DNA of 64,000 nucleotides from Bilabrum cf. latius (Eukaryota): NCBI GenBank assembly GCA_965178125.1, contig OZ237743.1, positions 434,001 to 498,000 of the forward strand, read 5' to 3'. Shown piece by piece: positions 36,201 to 48,266 of this stretch (position 1 is its first letter; each line of letters starts with the position of its first letter). The notes under the pieces were generated by a model. It saw only the letters and a program-made list of their open reading frames with translations, ran no database searches and was not told where the DNA came from. The position numbers and the translations under genes were made by a program.

Positions 36201-37195
36201 GCCGGCTTGGGGGACGCGAGCTGGAAGGTGAGCTTGCGCCATGCGGTGTGGGCGAAGCTCCGGGGAGCTCCATGCTGGTCGTTGCGATCCGGTCCGGGCG
36301 CGTAGCCGTTGATGTCGAGGTGCTGGATGTACTGCAGCCCGCCGTCCTGGGTCTCTGTGCCTCGGGCCAGTCGGTCGAGGTGGGCGGCGGCAGTTGCGAG
36401 GGCGGTCCTCTTGGCCTCTGCTGCCACGAGGCCCCACACCGTCTCGGTGTCCGGGTGGCGACTGCTGCTTGTCGCGAATGCCGAGGACTGCAGAGCGGCC
36501 TGCACCTGGCACAGGGGCTTGAGGACAGGGGCGGCGTTGCCCGGCAGGCTGGTCATGGCAGCGAGCTTGCGGGCGCATCCAGCCGCGAAGCTCTGCAGGC
36601 CGAGCAGGTGAGCGGATGCACCGCTCGAGGTGGCGGCGCCGTCCGTGTGCTTGATGCCGTCGGCTTCAGGAGTATCCGCGCGCTGCAGCTCATGCAGCGC
36701 TTCGATCAGCCCGCTCGCGGCGTCGTGCATGGCTTTGCCGACGTCTCTCGGGTCCGTGTCCGTGACGAAGTCGACGAAGCGCTCCGCCGACAGCTCCTGT
36801 CCTTGATCCATCCAGTACATCATATACTTGCATTGATCATGCGCAGGCTGGGAGTCGGGCGCTGGAGGCGGATCGTGCTTGGATTTCCCCATTGTGAGAG
36901 GCTGCTGATTCTGGGTTCGCGCAGCGTTGGGGCCCGCATCGTCTGCGATGAGAGCGAAGTCGGCACAAGCATACGATGTATTACTTCATATGATGAGCGA
37001 GCTAGCGAAGGAAGCCAATGGTCTCTCACTGGCGTCTGACGGCATTGCGTCGAGCTTGGGATCAATAACCGACGGAGACTTCTTGAGCTCGGTTGTCCGA
37101 GTCCTGCGGCGCACTCGGTGGGCTCTTGATGGCGAGTCACCCAGAGCTAATGGCAACAGCACTGTGAGCAGACAAATCGATGCGAGCGTGCGCAT
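33233..37195 (-). CDS. Secreted S8 protease, type B copy 3; intron 36943-37029
   Basis: Same signal peptide and intron as type A. VIFVLDTA, DSHGTVVA, AAAGNGG, FSDWG, T[TAG]GTSFAAP. Stop TGA at 33233. Confidence 0.83.
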
Positions 37196-37776
37196 GGTAG
37201 CTGGAAATGAGTGGTTCTACCGGTCGCAAGCGTGATGCGTAGCGATCAACTCGGAATATTGCACCTTGATCGGAATGGCGTTCATGGCGCCATGAACATC
37301 GGATGATAAGCTTTTGGTTGTAATCATGGTCTATGCACATTTTGCAGAAGTGCACGCATGGAGCCGAGGCATGCATGAGACCTGGGTGGAGGTGAATTCA
37401 GATACAAACGCGAAGATGCGATATATTGGGGAACGCTTGGGCTGCATGTCCTTCTTCATGGTACATTGGCAATCTGTGTTTGTTCTTTATGTGCTGCTTC
37501 GAGTGTCGGTAAGAGCGAGCAGGCGCTATCACTGATTGCTCGAAGTCTGACCAGGACCCAAGCTGCTGGCAGGAGCAAGTGCCACCAGTGGGCCTGAAGA
37601 TCTGCAGCCATGACAAGTGTTGGGGGGGTGTATTGTATTGAGCTGATGTGATCGATTGTATCGCGGTCCTCCAGCCAGTCGCAGTCGTGTCCACTCTATT
37701 GATGCCCTCGCAAGAACTTGGGCTGCTGCTTGCAGGATACACAATGCCAGCTGCGCACCTGGTATGAGCGAACACA

Positions 37777-38912
37777 TCAAGCCGCCATCCTTGCACACGC
37801 AAGCCGGACCGCAACACGGTCCCCCACCCGCTTCAGCCCAAGAACCTCCGCCAGCTCGCCATCCGTCGTGGCAGCCAGCTCCCACACAGACCTCACATGC
37901 TGCTGCCGACACCGTGCTGCGGCATCCGCAAGCCCAAGCGCCTCCAGAAGACCGCAGGCAGACCCAGAGGGCATGCCAGCAGCAGCCGCAGCAGGCGCAT
38001 GCTCATATTTCTACCCGTCGCCCTTGCCTATGCCCTTGCCCTTGCCCTTGCCCTTGCCCTTGCCCTTGCCCTTGCCTATGCCCATATGCTGGCTCTCGCC
38101 TGGCCCCTTGTCTCGATCCTCCGCGCTTTGCCCTCCAGCCAACCCTGACCCCTACGATCTGTCCGGCTTGCACAGAGACTCGACGGCCTTGCTTACCAGC
38201 GATAGGCCTGATAATGACTCGCAGGCAGCGTGGCGGGAATCCAGGAGCCACCACTGCAGCTGCCGAATCGACATGCCAAGGACAAGGGGCGAGGAGGAAG
38301 AGACAGGGGCTGCACCCGTCCCACTGCCACCACCAGCACCTACACCTGAAGAGGCGCCTTCGCTGCATCCATCTTGCCCTGCAAGTGCCTCGCGAATCCC
38401 ATGTGCAAGCGCTCTCGCTTCCTGCCCCGCCATGCCACCGCCACCAGGCACTGCCTCGGGCATGGCAAACACAACCATCGCCGATGCCAGTCGCAGCACG
38501 TCGTCGCGAGAGGCGCCGCGCAGGAGCTCTCCCAGCGGAACCATCTCCAGCAGTCCCGCGGCCGTGCCATCTGCCACCGACTGCAGCACGCTCGTGTCAG
38601 CGTCGATGGCAAGCGACAGATCCTTGCGCAGAGGCGAGGCCGCCGGGCTCATCGCGATCAATCGAGTGCGCTTGGCTTGCTTGATTGCCGTAGCCGTGAA
38701 GCCATCACTGTTTCCCCCAGCATCCACGGCACTGTCTGCCAGCATGAACAGACGGGAGGACGGCGGCGTGCTTCTCATCGCAGCCGAAGCACCGCTGCCT
38801 GCCACCAGCCGGAGAGAAACGTCGCGCAGGACGTGTGTTCCCGCCCCACACAGGTCCACAGCCGCCCATCGCATGCTGCTGGTGACCTGATCATCGAGCT
38901 CGTCCGACTGCC
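37777..38912 (-). pseudogene. Duplicated 3' fragment of the BCS1-like gene, copy 3
   Basis: Same breakpoint as copies 1 and 2, slightly more diverged. Confidence 0.75.
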
Positions 38913-39076
38913 GCCAGTGACTAGTAGACCCAGCTACCACGGACCACGACTCATGAAGCGCGCTGCACAGCCAAGTGGCAGCCCAAGCTTGAGCGGGCAC
39001 ATGCGTGAGGCTCCGGATGAGCCAGTTCGTTTGTGTCAGAAACGAACAATTGCAGCAGGCTGCAGTTCTCGCCAAT

Positions 39077-40689
39077 ATGGTGTACTATATGATACAAGAA
39101 TAGCGCATACCGGATGCCTATCGCAGCCCGTACAGAAGCATCACCTCAATGGTGAGGAGCCAAGCAAGTTTTGCTGGTATCATCGCGAATAGCATCGCGT
39201 CTCATACGCGGAGTAATAGCAAGTCTTGTACATGATAGTATTATGTCAGCATGCATTTTTACTCAAGTCTCTGCAGGTTTCATCTGACGGCATGCACGAG
39301 AGCTACAAGAGAGGCAGGAACGATGTTGCTCCCGAATGCACGTCGTTTTGGCATTTCCTGTGGGCGATCAAGCAGGGGTACTCCAGCGCCACAATGCCTT
39401 CTGGATCGGGCATGGCAGGTTTGAAGCAGCTGCTGGCGCTGCTGCCTTCGGATGGCATCCGGTTGAAGTCGCTGCGGCTTGTGGACGAGACGATCGATGT
39501 TCCGACAGCCAGGTTGCTTTGCGAGATGGTATGTTTGGACGTGGAGGGTCATGGGTTGTCTTGCTTGCATCTGAAGGACTGCATGTGGAAGCCAGGCGCC
39601 ATGGCAGCACTGGCTCCGTCGATGCTGCACTCGGGGAGGTCGAATCGTCTGGAAGCACTCCTATTGCAGAGCACTTCTGGCGAGCAATCGGTGAAAGGAG
39701 CCCCTCAAGATCTGTTCGAGTCGCTCGGGTAGGTGCTAGGAGACTCGCGGTGCAGTCTGTATGCGCTGAGCCTGGTGGGCATGCTCGGTTGGGATTCTTG
39801 TTCTGAAACCACTGAAGGGCCAGCCTATGTTGGCCTGTATCGGCGGAATGCCCCGATAGCGAAGGGCATGCTGAGCAACAGAAGCATTCGGTATTTGTCG
39901 ACTGGGGACTGCGTGGTGAACACAGAGCAGCTGGTCGCGTGGGCCGATGCTCTGGCCAAGCATCGCTGGTTGCGGCAGCTGCTGATTTCCTTCCTGCCAA
40001 ACTCGCCGCAAGCATTTGTCACTTTCGGGGGTTCTGTAGCTAGGTTTGTGCGCGATAGCGTTAGCATCAGGCACCTGATGCTATTTTACGTCGTTGAGAG
40101 GTATCGGCGTACTGAAACACCACCATTGGACCTATTGCGGGCTGCAGTGAGGCAGAACAGAGCGCTGCTGTCGATGTCGATTGGATGGAATGGCAGTGAG
40201 TATCACCGAAGACTTTAGTAGTTCAATCGTCAGCATAACATGAATTTGGAGGCGGTGGCGGCCAATCCGCGGATGGTGTTCTACGACTGGTGTACGTTAG
40301 TCACTACCTACAAGAATGAGAAGGTAGAGCCAGTGATGTTGCCGAGGCTCCAGCAGTATTAGTCCAGACAGTCCAGGCTGTGGGCGTTGGTACAGCATAG
40401 GACCGCTGCGTAGGCTCACCGGGATGCAAGGCTAGTGTGGCGAGCTGCAGCGGAGGGCAGGCCACTAGAGCTCGCGAAGCGACTGCGGCTCGGGGTGATG
40501 GCAGGTGGGGCGGAACGGAAAAGGCTGGTATCAGGCAGATTATTAAACGCGGCACAAGCAGCGGAGGCAGGTGGGCATAGGGAATGCGCTCTGCTAGTGC
40601 GTAGATCATTTGTGCGAGAGCTGAACCGACGGGCAGTGTATTTTGGCAAGTTGGGATGCGTTGCAGGGTGTTCCTGCCTGGTGCTGTGA
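39077..40689 (+). CDS. RNI-like LRR protein, copy 3 (C-terminus CSCLVL); intron 39152-39276
   Basis: Exon 1 MVYYMIQEQRIPDAYRSPYRSITSM aligns with exon 1 of copy 1 while the intron has diverged, which supports the splice model. Most divergent copy. Confidence 0.8.
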
Positions 40690-43600
40690 GGCTAACCCGA
40701 ATCATTTTAGATCCACGCAGCTTGACTACGGCCCAGCACACCCACAGTTGAAGCAGACTAGTAGCTGCGGCGGTTGCTGTTTGGTAAGAGTGTAGTCAAG
40801 CGGGCCATCGCACTCGGGAGAGAATGCAAGCTGGCCATGCCAATTACTGACCGTGACGAGGCGGGCTTGAAGCTGGTTAATCCCCAGCTGCGGACCAAGC
40901 TGACGACAGGGGGGCATAGGACCTCAAAAAAGAGAAGAGCCATACATGTTCGACGCCCAGGTGTGGCAATGTAGGGCACGGAATCGTTTGTGACAGCGGC
41001 TACAGTTCCAGACGGTGTCCACCACCCGATGATCCGAGCGAAGTAGAGGCTCTGGATCAGAAGGGAGCTGGCGATGAAGTGGACACATGGATGGGTAGTT
41101 GGTACAAGCACGTCGGCCGATCATTGCATACAGTCCTTCCGGGTATCGCCGCGGTGAGGAGCAAAGGAGGACAGTGGGGACACTGACGTTCTGCTTGGCT
41201 AGCGCATCAGTGCCTGAAGAAGTCATTGGACGAGCAGAAGCCAAAGTCATCGGGACATAGTTGAGGAAGAAGAAGGAGAGGAACATGGTTTCAGATACAA
41301 TGCTGAAAGCAGAATGAAGTACGAGCTGCGACCTGCCACCGCGTCGGCCGTTTTAGCCTCTGTTTGTCGGCGATCGGTATGTGCGACACAGGTGCAAGCG
41401 TCGACGGCATACTACGCCGGCGGGGTCCAGCTCATGGGAATCTGAATGCGACTTCGCTACAGCTTTTGACCTGTCATGGCCTAGCCCCCCACCCTGCATT
41501 GCTGGCCAATTGATTCTCCTTCTCAGATCTAGCTCTTTCAGAAATATCTTTACAATTTTAGCGGTCTGCAGGCTTTGGCAGCATGGTGGATTGCATTATA
41601 CAGGAATGGCTACCACTCGATACCTATCGGAGCCCGTACAGAAGCATCACCTCGATTGTGAGACGCCAGTTTCCGCCTCAAGTCGAACACGAACAGTTTG
41701 CGAGAGAAGGAGCCCGCTGCACCGCATGCTTGCATAGGTTCCATTTCTTGATCTATAAGACAGATGCCATTGCAATTTCTGCAGGTTTCATCTGACGGCA
41801 TGCACGAGAGCTACAAGAGAGGCAGGAACGATTTTGCTCCCGAATGCCAATCCCTTCGGCAATTTCTGTGGGCGATCAAGCAGGGGTACTCCAGCGCCAC
41901 AATGCCTTCCGGATCGGGCATGGCAGGCTTGAAGCAGCTGCTGGCGCTGCTGCCTTCGGATGGCATCCGGTTGAAGTCGCTGCGGCTGGTTGACGAGACG
42001 ATCGATGTTCCGACAGCCAGGTTGCTTTGCGAGATGGTATGTTTGGACGTGGAGGGCCATAGGTTGTCTTGCTTGCATCTGAAGGACTGCATGTGGAAGC
42101 CAGGCGCCATGGCAGCACTGGCTCCGTCGATGCTGCACTCGGGGAGGTTGAATCGCCTGGATGCACTCCTCTTGCAGAGCACTGGCAAGCAATCGGTGAA
42201 AGGAGCCCCTCAGGATCTGTTCGAGTCGCTCGGGTAGGTGCTAGGAGACTCGCGCTGCAGCTTGTATGCGCTGAGCCTGGTGGGCATGCTCGGATGGAAT
42301 CACCCCTATGGTCCGGTTCAAGGTGTGGACTGGACTTGCATGTATCGGCGCAATGCCTTGGTGGCCAGGGGCATGCTTAGCAACAGAAGCATTCGGTATT
42401 TGTCGACTGGGGACTGCGTGGTGGATACAGAGCAGCTGGTCGCGTGGGCCGATGCTCTGGCCAAGCATCGCTGGTTGCGGCAGCTTCTTGTGTCCTTTCA
42501 TCCTGTGACGAACGAAGCCCGCATTGCGCTCGGTGCACCAGTGGCAAGGATCGTGCGTGAGAGCGTTAGCATCAGGCACCTGATGCTGTTGTACGATATG
42601 GAGGAAAAATGGACTACGGTGCCGCCTCCGTTGGACCTGCTGCGGGCAGCAATCAAATAGAACAGAGCGCTGCTATCGATATCGGTCGGATGTGATGGAT
42701 GCGAGTTCTACGACAGTCCACAAGATCTTCAGCTGCAGCATGACCAGAACCTGGATGCCGTGGTGGCTAATCCGCGGATTGTTTTCTATGACTGGTGCAC
42801 CACAAATATGATTCACAAAAACGACAGCGTGGAGCCAGTCATGCTGCCCCGGCTCCAGCACTACTAGTCCAGGCAGTCCAGGCTGTGGGCCTTGGTACGA
42901 CATAGGACCGCTGCGCAAGCTCACCGGGATGCGGGGCTAGTGTGGCGAGCTGCAGCAGAGGGCAGGCCACTAGAGCTCGCGAAGCGACTGCGGCTCGGGG
43001 TGATGGCAGGTGGGGCGGAACGGAAAGGGCTCGTGTCAGGCAGGTCATTAAACGCGGCGCAAGCAGCGAAGGCAGGTGGGCATAGGGAATGCGCTGTGCT
43101 GGTGCGCCGGTCAGTAGCGCGGGAGCTGAACCGACGGGCAGTGTATTTTGGCAAGTTGGGATGCGTGCCAGGGTGTTCCTGCCTGGTGCTGTGAGGCTAA
43201 CCCGAATCATTTTAGATCCACGCAGCTTGACTACGGCCCAGCACACCCACAGTTGAAGCAGACTAGTAGCTGCGGCGGTTGCTGTTTGGTAAGAGTGTAG
43301 TCAAGCGGGCCATCGTACTCGGGAGAGAATGCAAGCTGGCCATGCCAATTACTGACCGTGACGAGGCGGGCTTGAAGCTGGTTAATCCCCAGCTGCGGAC
43401 CAAGCTGACGACAGGGGGGCATAGGACCTCAAAAAAGAGAAGAGCCATACATGTTCGACGCCCAGGTGTGGCAATGTAGGGCACGGAATCGTTTGTGACA
43501 GCGGCTACAGTTCCAGACGGTGTCCACCACCCGATGATCCGAGCGAAGTAGAGGCTCTGGATCAGAAGGGAGCTGGCGATGAAGTGGACACATGGATGGG

Positions 43601-45400
43601 TAGTTGGTACAAGCACGTCGGCCGATCATTGCATACAGTCCTTCCGGGTATCGCCGCGGTGAGGAGCAAAGGAGGACAGTGGGGACACTGACGTTCTGCT
43701 TGGCTAGCGCATCAGTGCCTGAAGAAGGCATTGGACGAGCAGAAGCCAAAGTCATCGGGACATAGTTGAGGAAGAAGAAGGAGAGGAACATGGTTTCAGA
43801 TACAATGCTGAAAGCAGAATGAAGTACGAGCTGCGACCTGCCACCGCGTCGGCCGTTTTAGCCTCTGTTTGTCGGCGATCGGTATGTGCGACACAGGTGC
43901 AAGCGTCGACGGCATAGTACGCCGGCGGGGTCCAGCTCATGGGAATCTGAATGCGACTTCGCTACAGCTTTTGACCTGTCATGGCCTAGCCCCCCACCCT
44001 GCATTGCTGGCCAATTGATTCTCCTTCTCAGATCTAGCTCTTTCAGAAATATCTTTACAATTTTAGCGGTCTGCAGGCTTTGGCAGCATGGTGGATTGCA
44101 TTATACAGGAATGGCTACCACTCGATACCTATCGGAGCCCGTACAGAAGCATCACCTCGATTGTGAGACGCCAGTTTCCGCCTCAAGTCGAACACGAACA
44201 GTTTGCGAGAGAAGGAGCCCGCTGCACCGCATGCTTGCATAGGTTCCATTTCTTGATCTATAAGACAGATGCCATTGCAATTTCTGCAGGTTTCATCTGA
44301 CGGCATGCACGAGAGCTACAAGAGAGGCAGGAACGATTTTGCTCCCGAATGCCAATCCCTTCGGCAATTTCTGTGGGCGATCAAGCAGGGGTACTCCAGC
44401 GCCACAATGCCTTCCGGATCGGGCATGGCAGGCTTGAAGCAGCTGCTGGCGCTGCTGCCTTCGGATGGCATCCGGTTGAAGTCGCTGCGGCTGGTTGACG
44501 AGACGATCGATGTTCCGACAGCCAGGTTGCTTTGCGAGATGGTATGTTTGGACGTGGAGGGCCATAGGTTGTCTTGCTTGCATCTGAAGGACTGCATGTG
44601 GAAGCCAGGCGCCATGGCAGCACTGGCTCCGTCGATGCTGCACTCGGGGAGGTTGAATCGCCTGGATGCACTCCTCTTGCAGAGCACTGGCAAGCAATCG
44701 GTGAAAGGAGCCCATCAGGATCTGTTCGAGTCGCTCGGGTAGGTGCTAGGAGACTCGCGCTGCAGCTTGTATGCGCTGAGCCTGGTGGGCATGCTCGGAT
44801 GGAATCACCGATATGGTCCGGTTGAAGGTGTGGACTGGACTTGCATGTATCGGCGCAATGCCTTGGTGGCCAGGGGCATGCTGAGCAACAGAAGCATTCG
44901 GTATTTGTCGACTGGGGACTGCGTGGTGGATACAGAGCAGCTGGTCGCGTGGGCCGATGCTCTGGTCACGAGCTATTCCTTGCGGCAGCTTCTTGTGTCG
45001 TTTCATCCTGTGACGAACGAAGCCCGCATTGCGCTCGGTGCACCAGTGGCAAGGATCGTGCGTGAGAACGTGAGCATCAGGCACCTGATGCTGTTGTACG
45101 ACATGGAGAAAAAATGGACGACGGTGCCGCCTCCGTTGGACCTGCTGCGGGCAGCAATCAAATAGAACAGAGCGCTGCTATCGATATCGGTCGGATGTGA
45201 TGGATGCGAGTTCTACGACAGTCCACAAGATCTTCAGCTGCAGCACGACAAGAACCTGGATGCCGTGGTGGCGAATCCCCGGATTGGTTTCTACGACTGG
45301 TGCACCACAAATATGATTCACAAAAACGACAGCATGGAGCCAGTCATGCTGCCCCGGCTCCAGCACTACTAGTCCAGGCAGTCCAGGCTGTGGGCCTTGG
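40450..45400. repeat. Tandem duplication with 2,505-bp period (LRR gene plus spacer)
   Basis: ORF-track entries recur at offset 2,505 (e.g. 41381 and 43886). Boundaries are approximate. Confidence 0.9.
41583..43194 (+). CDS. RNI-like LRR protein, copy 4 (C-terminus CSCLVL); intron 41658-41784
   Basis: Same gene model as copy 1; stop TGA. Confidence 0.8.
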
Positions 45401-45699
45401 TACGACATAGGACCGCTGCGCAAGCTCACCGGGATGCAAGGCTAGTGTGGCGAGCTGCAGCAGAGGGCAGGCCCCTAGAGTTGGCGAAACGATTGCGGCT
45501 CGGGGTGATGGCAGGTGGCGCGGACCGGCAAGTGCTTGTATCAGGCAGCTTGCTAGACGCGGGGCAAGCGGCCGAGGCAGGCGGGCATAGGGAATGCGTG
45601 CTGCTAGTGCGCCGGTCGGTAGCGCGAGAGCTGAACCGAAGGGCCATTCATCGTGGCCTGACAGAAGGTATGCCCACATGCTAGTGCGTGGTGTGGTAA
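44088..45699 (+). CDS. RNI-like LRR protein, copy 5 (C-terminus TCQCVVW); intron 44163-44289
   Basis: Same gene model; stop TAA after TAG read-through. Confidence 0.8.
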
Positions 45700-46545
45700 A
45701 CACTATGTCTATACGTCTGTGTGCTGACTGTCATTTTTACGGCTTGGAAGTGGCACAAGATGGTGATCTACGATAGCATGCGTTTATATGAGCGGCTCTC
45801 ATGGAGCGGTTTTGCTAGCGGGGTGTAATCCTTGACCCAACTATCACCAAAGAATACCCCACCTGCTGGTTGAGACCCATAGAAAGAGCAAAAGGCCACC
45901 GGTTCACTCCTAGCAACCGCACGGTCTCTGGGTTTCAGTGCCACTGCGTGTTGCCGGGTCAGGCCAAAGCCTGTCAGGTGGCCTCCCTTTGCGCTAGCCA
46001 AGTGCTCGTTTGCCAAACAAGCTTGCCAGGCAGGTCTTCATCATCAGGTAAGTACACTCGGATGTACATCGTGTCAGTCACAGGAGACTTCACGAACCAT
46101 CGGTTCAATCCACGCATGGCCTTGCAAGACCTGTGCCTGGACATGGGCTCCCCGCGAAGACCAGGCGTATCCTCCAGTGCTGCCCAGTGGGCCTTGAATG
46201 AGAAAGACTCAGGAGGATGGCGGAGATCGACAACGCTCTAACAGGAAGGGATCTACACATTGAATGAAGAGAAGTGGCCTTTCTATTCTCCCGCCATCAT
46301 CCACGGACAGTCATCGTACAGCTCCACAGCAGCCGCGATCTTGGGAGCTTCGGCCGGCTTGTCAGTTGTCGAGAGATAGCAGAGCCAGACGGACACCGTA
46401 GCGAATGCTTCAGATCGGAGGCCTCCTGGATTGCAATACACGTCACCGTTTCGCTGAGGAAATGCTGCTGTCGTGCTATGCTTCTGTTCCCGTGCGCGTG
46501 CTATCGTACGGCCGCCAGCAGCAGCGCCACCAGCAGCGGCACCTC

Positions 46546-46683
46546 CAGCACCAGCACCAGCACCAGCACCAGCACCAGCACCAGCACCAGCACCAGCACC
46601 AGCACCAGCACCAGCACCAGCACCAGCACCAGCACCAGCACCAGCACCAGCACCAGCACCAGCACCAGCACCAGCACCAGCAC
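46546..46683. repeat. (CAGCAC)x23 microsatellite encoding (Gly-Ala)n in the S8 frame
   Basis: Perfect hexamer array. Copy 3 has only a short imperfect tract at ~33805-33832. Confidence 0.95.
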
Positions 46684-47843
46684 CTGCAGACTACTCCATC
46701 TGTAAGTCACGAAACATGGCGTAGCTGAGCTTGACCGATACAATCACATCACGGGTCTATAAGTCCAGAACTTTCTACGCGTTGCTTCGTGTAGAGGAAG
46801 TCGGGAGCCTAGGCAGACGTCCACTGATCCGTTCAGATTTTGCATCACGTGATTCTACGAGTTCAATGTGCAACAGCGGGCGATATTCCGAACCAAGCAG
46901 GCCGCCAGAGCGTCCCCTTGCTGCCATTGGGTGACGGCCTTCAATGACAGGCGTCAAGTAGATCCGAAGTAGCGGTGCATTCTCCGCAGCTACACAAATT
47001 CCACCCACAAGCTTCTAGAAGCAGCCGCAATGGCATGTCCTCAACAAGTCGTGGCAGCCTTGCCGCCCTGTGCTGCTCCCGGTTCGTGGACAGTATGCGC
47101 ATCGCTTTGGAAGGAGGGAGCCGGTCGGAATCGCCCATCCATCCATGGACTCGATATTGCCAAGAATTATCTTGCGAGTGCGCCCGGTGCACGTTAGCCG
47201 GAGTCTATCTGGAGCTGGGGTGTCGTCTTTCTTCATTAAAGGTTTGATTGGGGCAGCTAGTTTAGCATCGCGAGCGTTCGCCAGCAGAAGGCTGCGAGCG
47301 GGACCGCTGCCGGCTCGAACAGTCTGCAGGGCAGAAGCCATGATCGAAAGGGCCCTAGCAACCCTGGGGGCTGCAAACGAGGTACCCTACGTAAACCGTG
47401 TCGGCCTGTCAACTGAGCACTCCGTGTCATCCACTGGATCCGGTGAAGCACATCCGCTGCCGCTGCACACTTCTGAAGGCTGAGGAGCCCTGGGCACAGT
47501 CGTGCATTTGAGCAACAGGTCAGTTATGGACTCGCCGTGTGCGAACATATCGACGTAGTATCCCCAATCTGAGAAGCCAGACATGGGAATCTCCTCTCCT
47601 GCTTCGGTACGCCGGCTCAAGGTCTGCACAGAGCCCACACAGAGTGGTGACCTAGAGTAGCACGGGAGCCAAACGTCCACTCTCGGCCTACTAGACATTC
47701 GTGAGGCAATCCGGGGTCGCTTAACTTGTCCAATGCCGCCATTGCCGGCGGCGGCAGTCGCCACAAAACCGTAGCGCAACAGAATCTCGAAGGATCTATC
47801 CACTTCTTTCATAGCCAGACCGTGAGACTGCACTTTCTCTCCA

Positions 47844-48266
47844 ATGACATCGTGACTTCCATGAAAGCTTCTTTTACAGACTCAACCACCCAAATACAAC
47901 CAGACATGGCATCGAACACAGAGCCGTCGCCATGTGCCTGAATCCACCGATGGATTTGTCCACCAGCGGAGACACACAACGAATTCTCCGGGCCCGGGCG
48001 GGTGGGAAAAGAATTCAAGACGATCTGTCAGTCCTGAGCTCTTCCACCCCGAATGGAGGCGATTGACTGGAGAAATGCCAACCTCCACTCTTCGTGGCCT
48101 GCCTCTTCCGTTAATCAGATTACGATGTCTAACGCTACAATTCCTCTTCCCACCTACGGACAAGGTGTTGCGGCGTTCTCCTTCTTCGCAGAGCCATCCT
48201 CATCGCACAGACGCTTATCATCTCATTTGACGTCAACAACGAATCAGACTCTGTCTCCTTAATACC
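47844..48266 (-). mobile_element. Solo A-B repeat unit of the Ngaro-type element (423 bp)
   Basis: Near-identical to 27980-28402 and absent from the paralogous site at ~34980 (CTCCA^ATGGAGATC). Confidence 0.92.

Noticed and set aside
40700-41380. Possible membrane-protein fragment on the minus strand of the spacer (also 43205-43885)
   Set aside because: The hydrophobic stretches fall in different frames and I could not build a coherent gene model.
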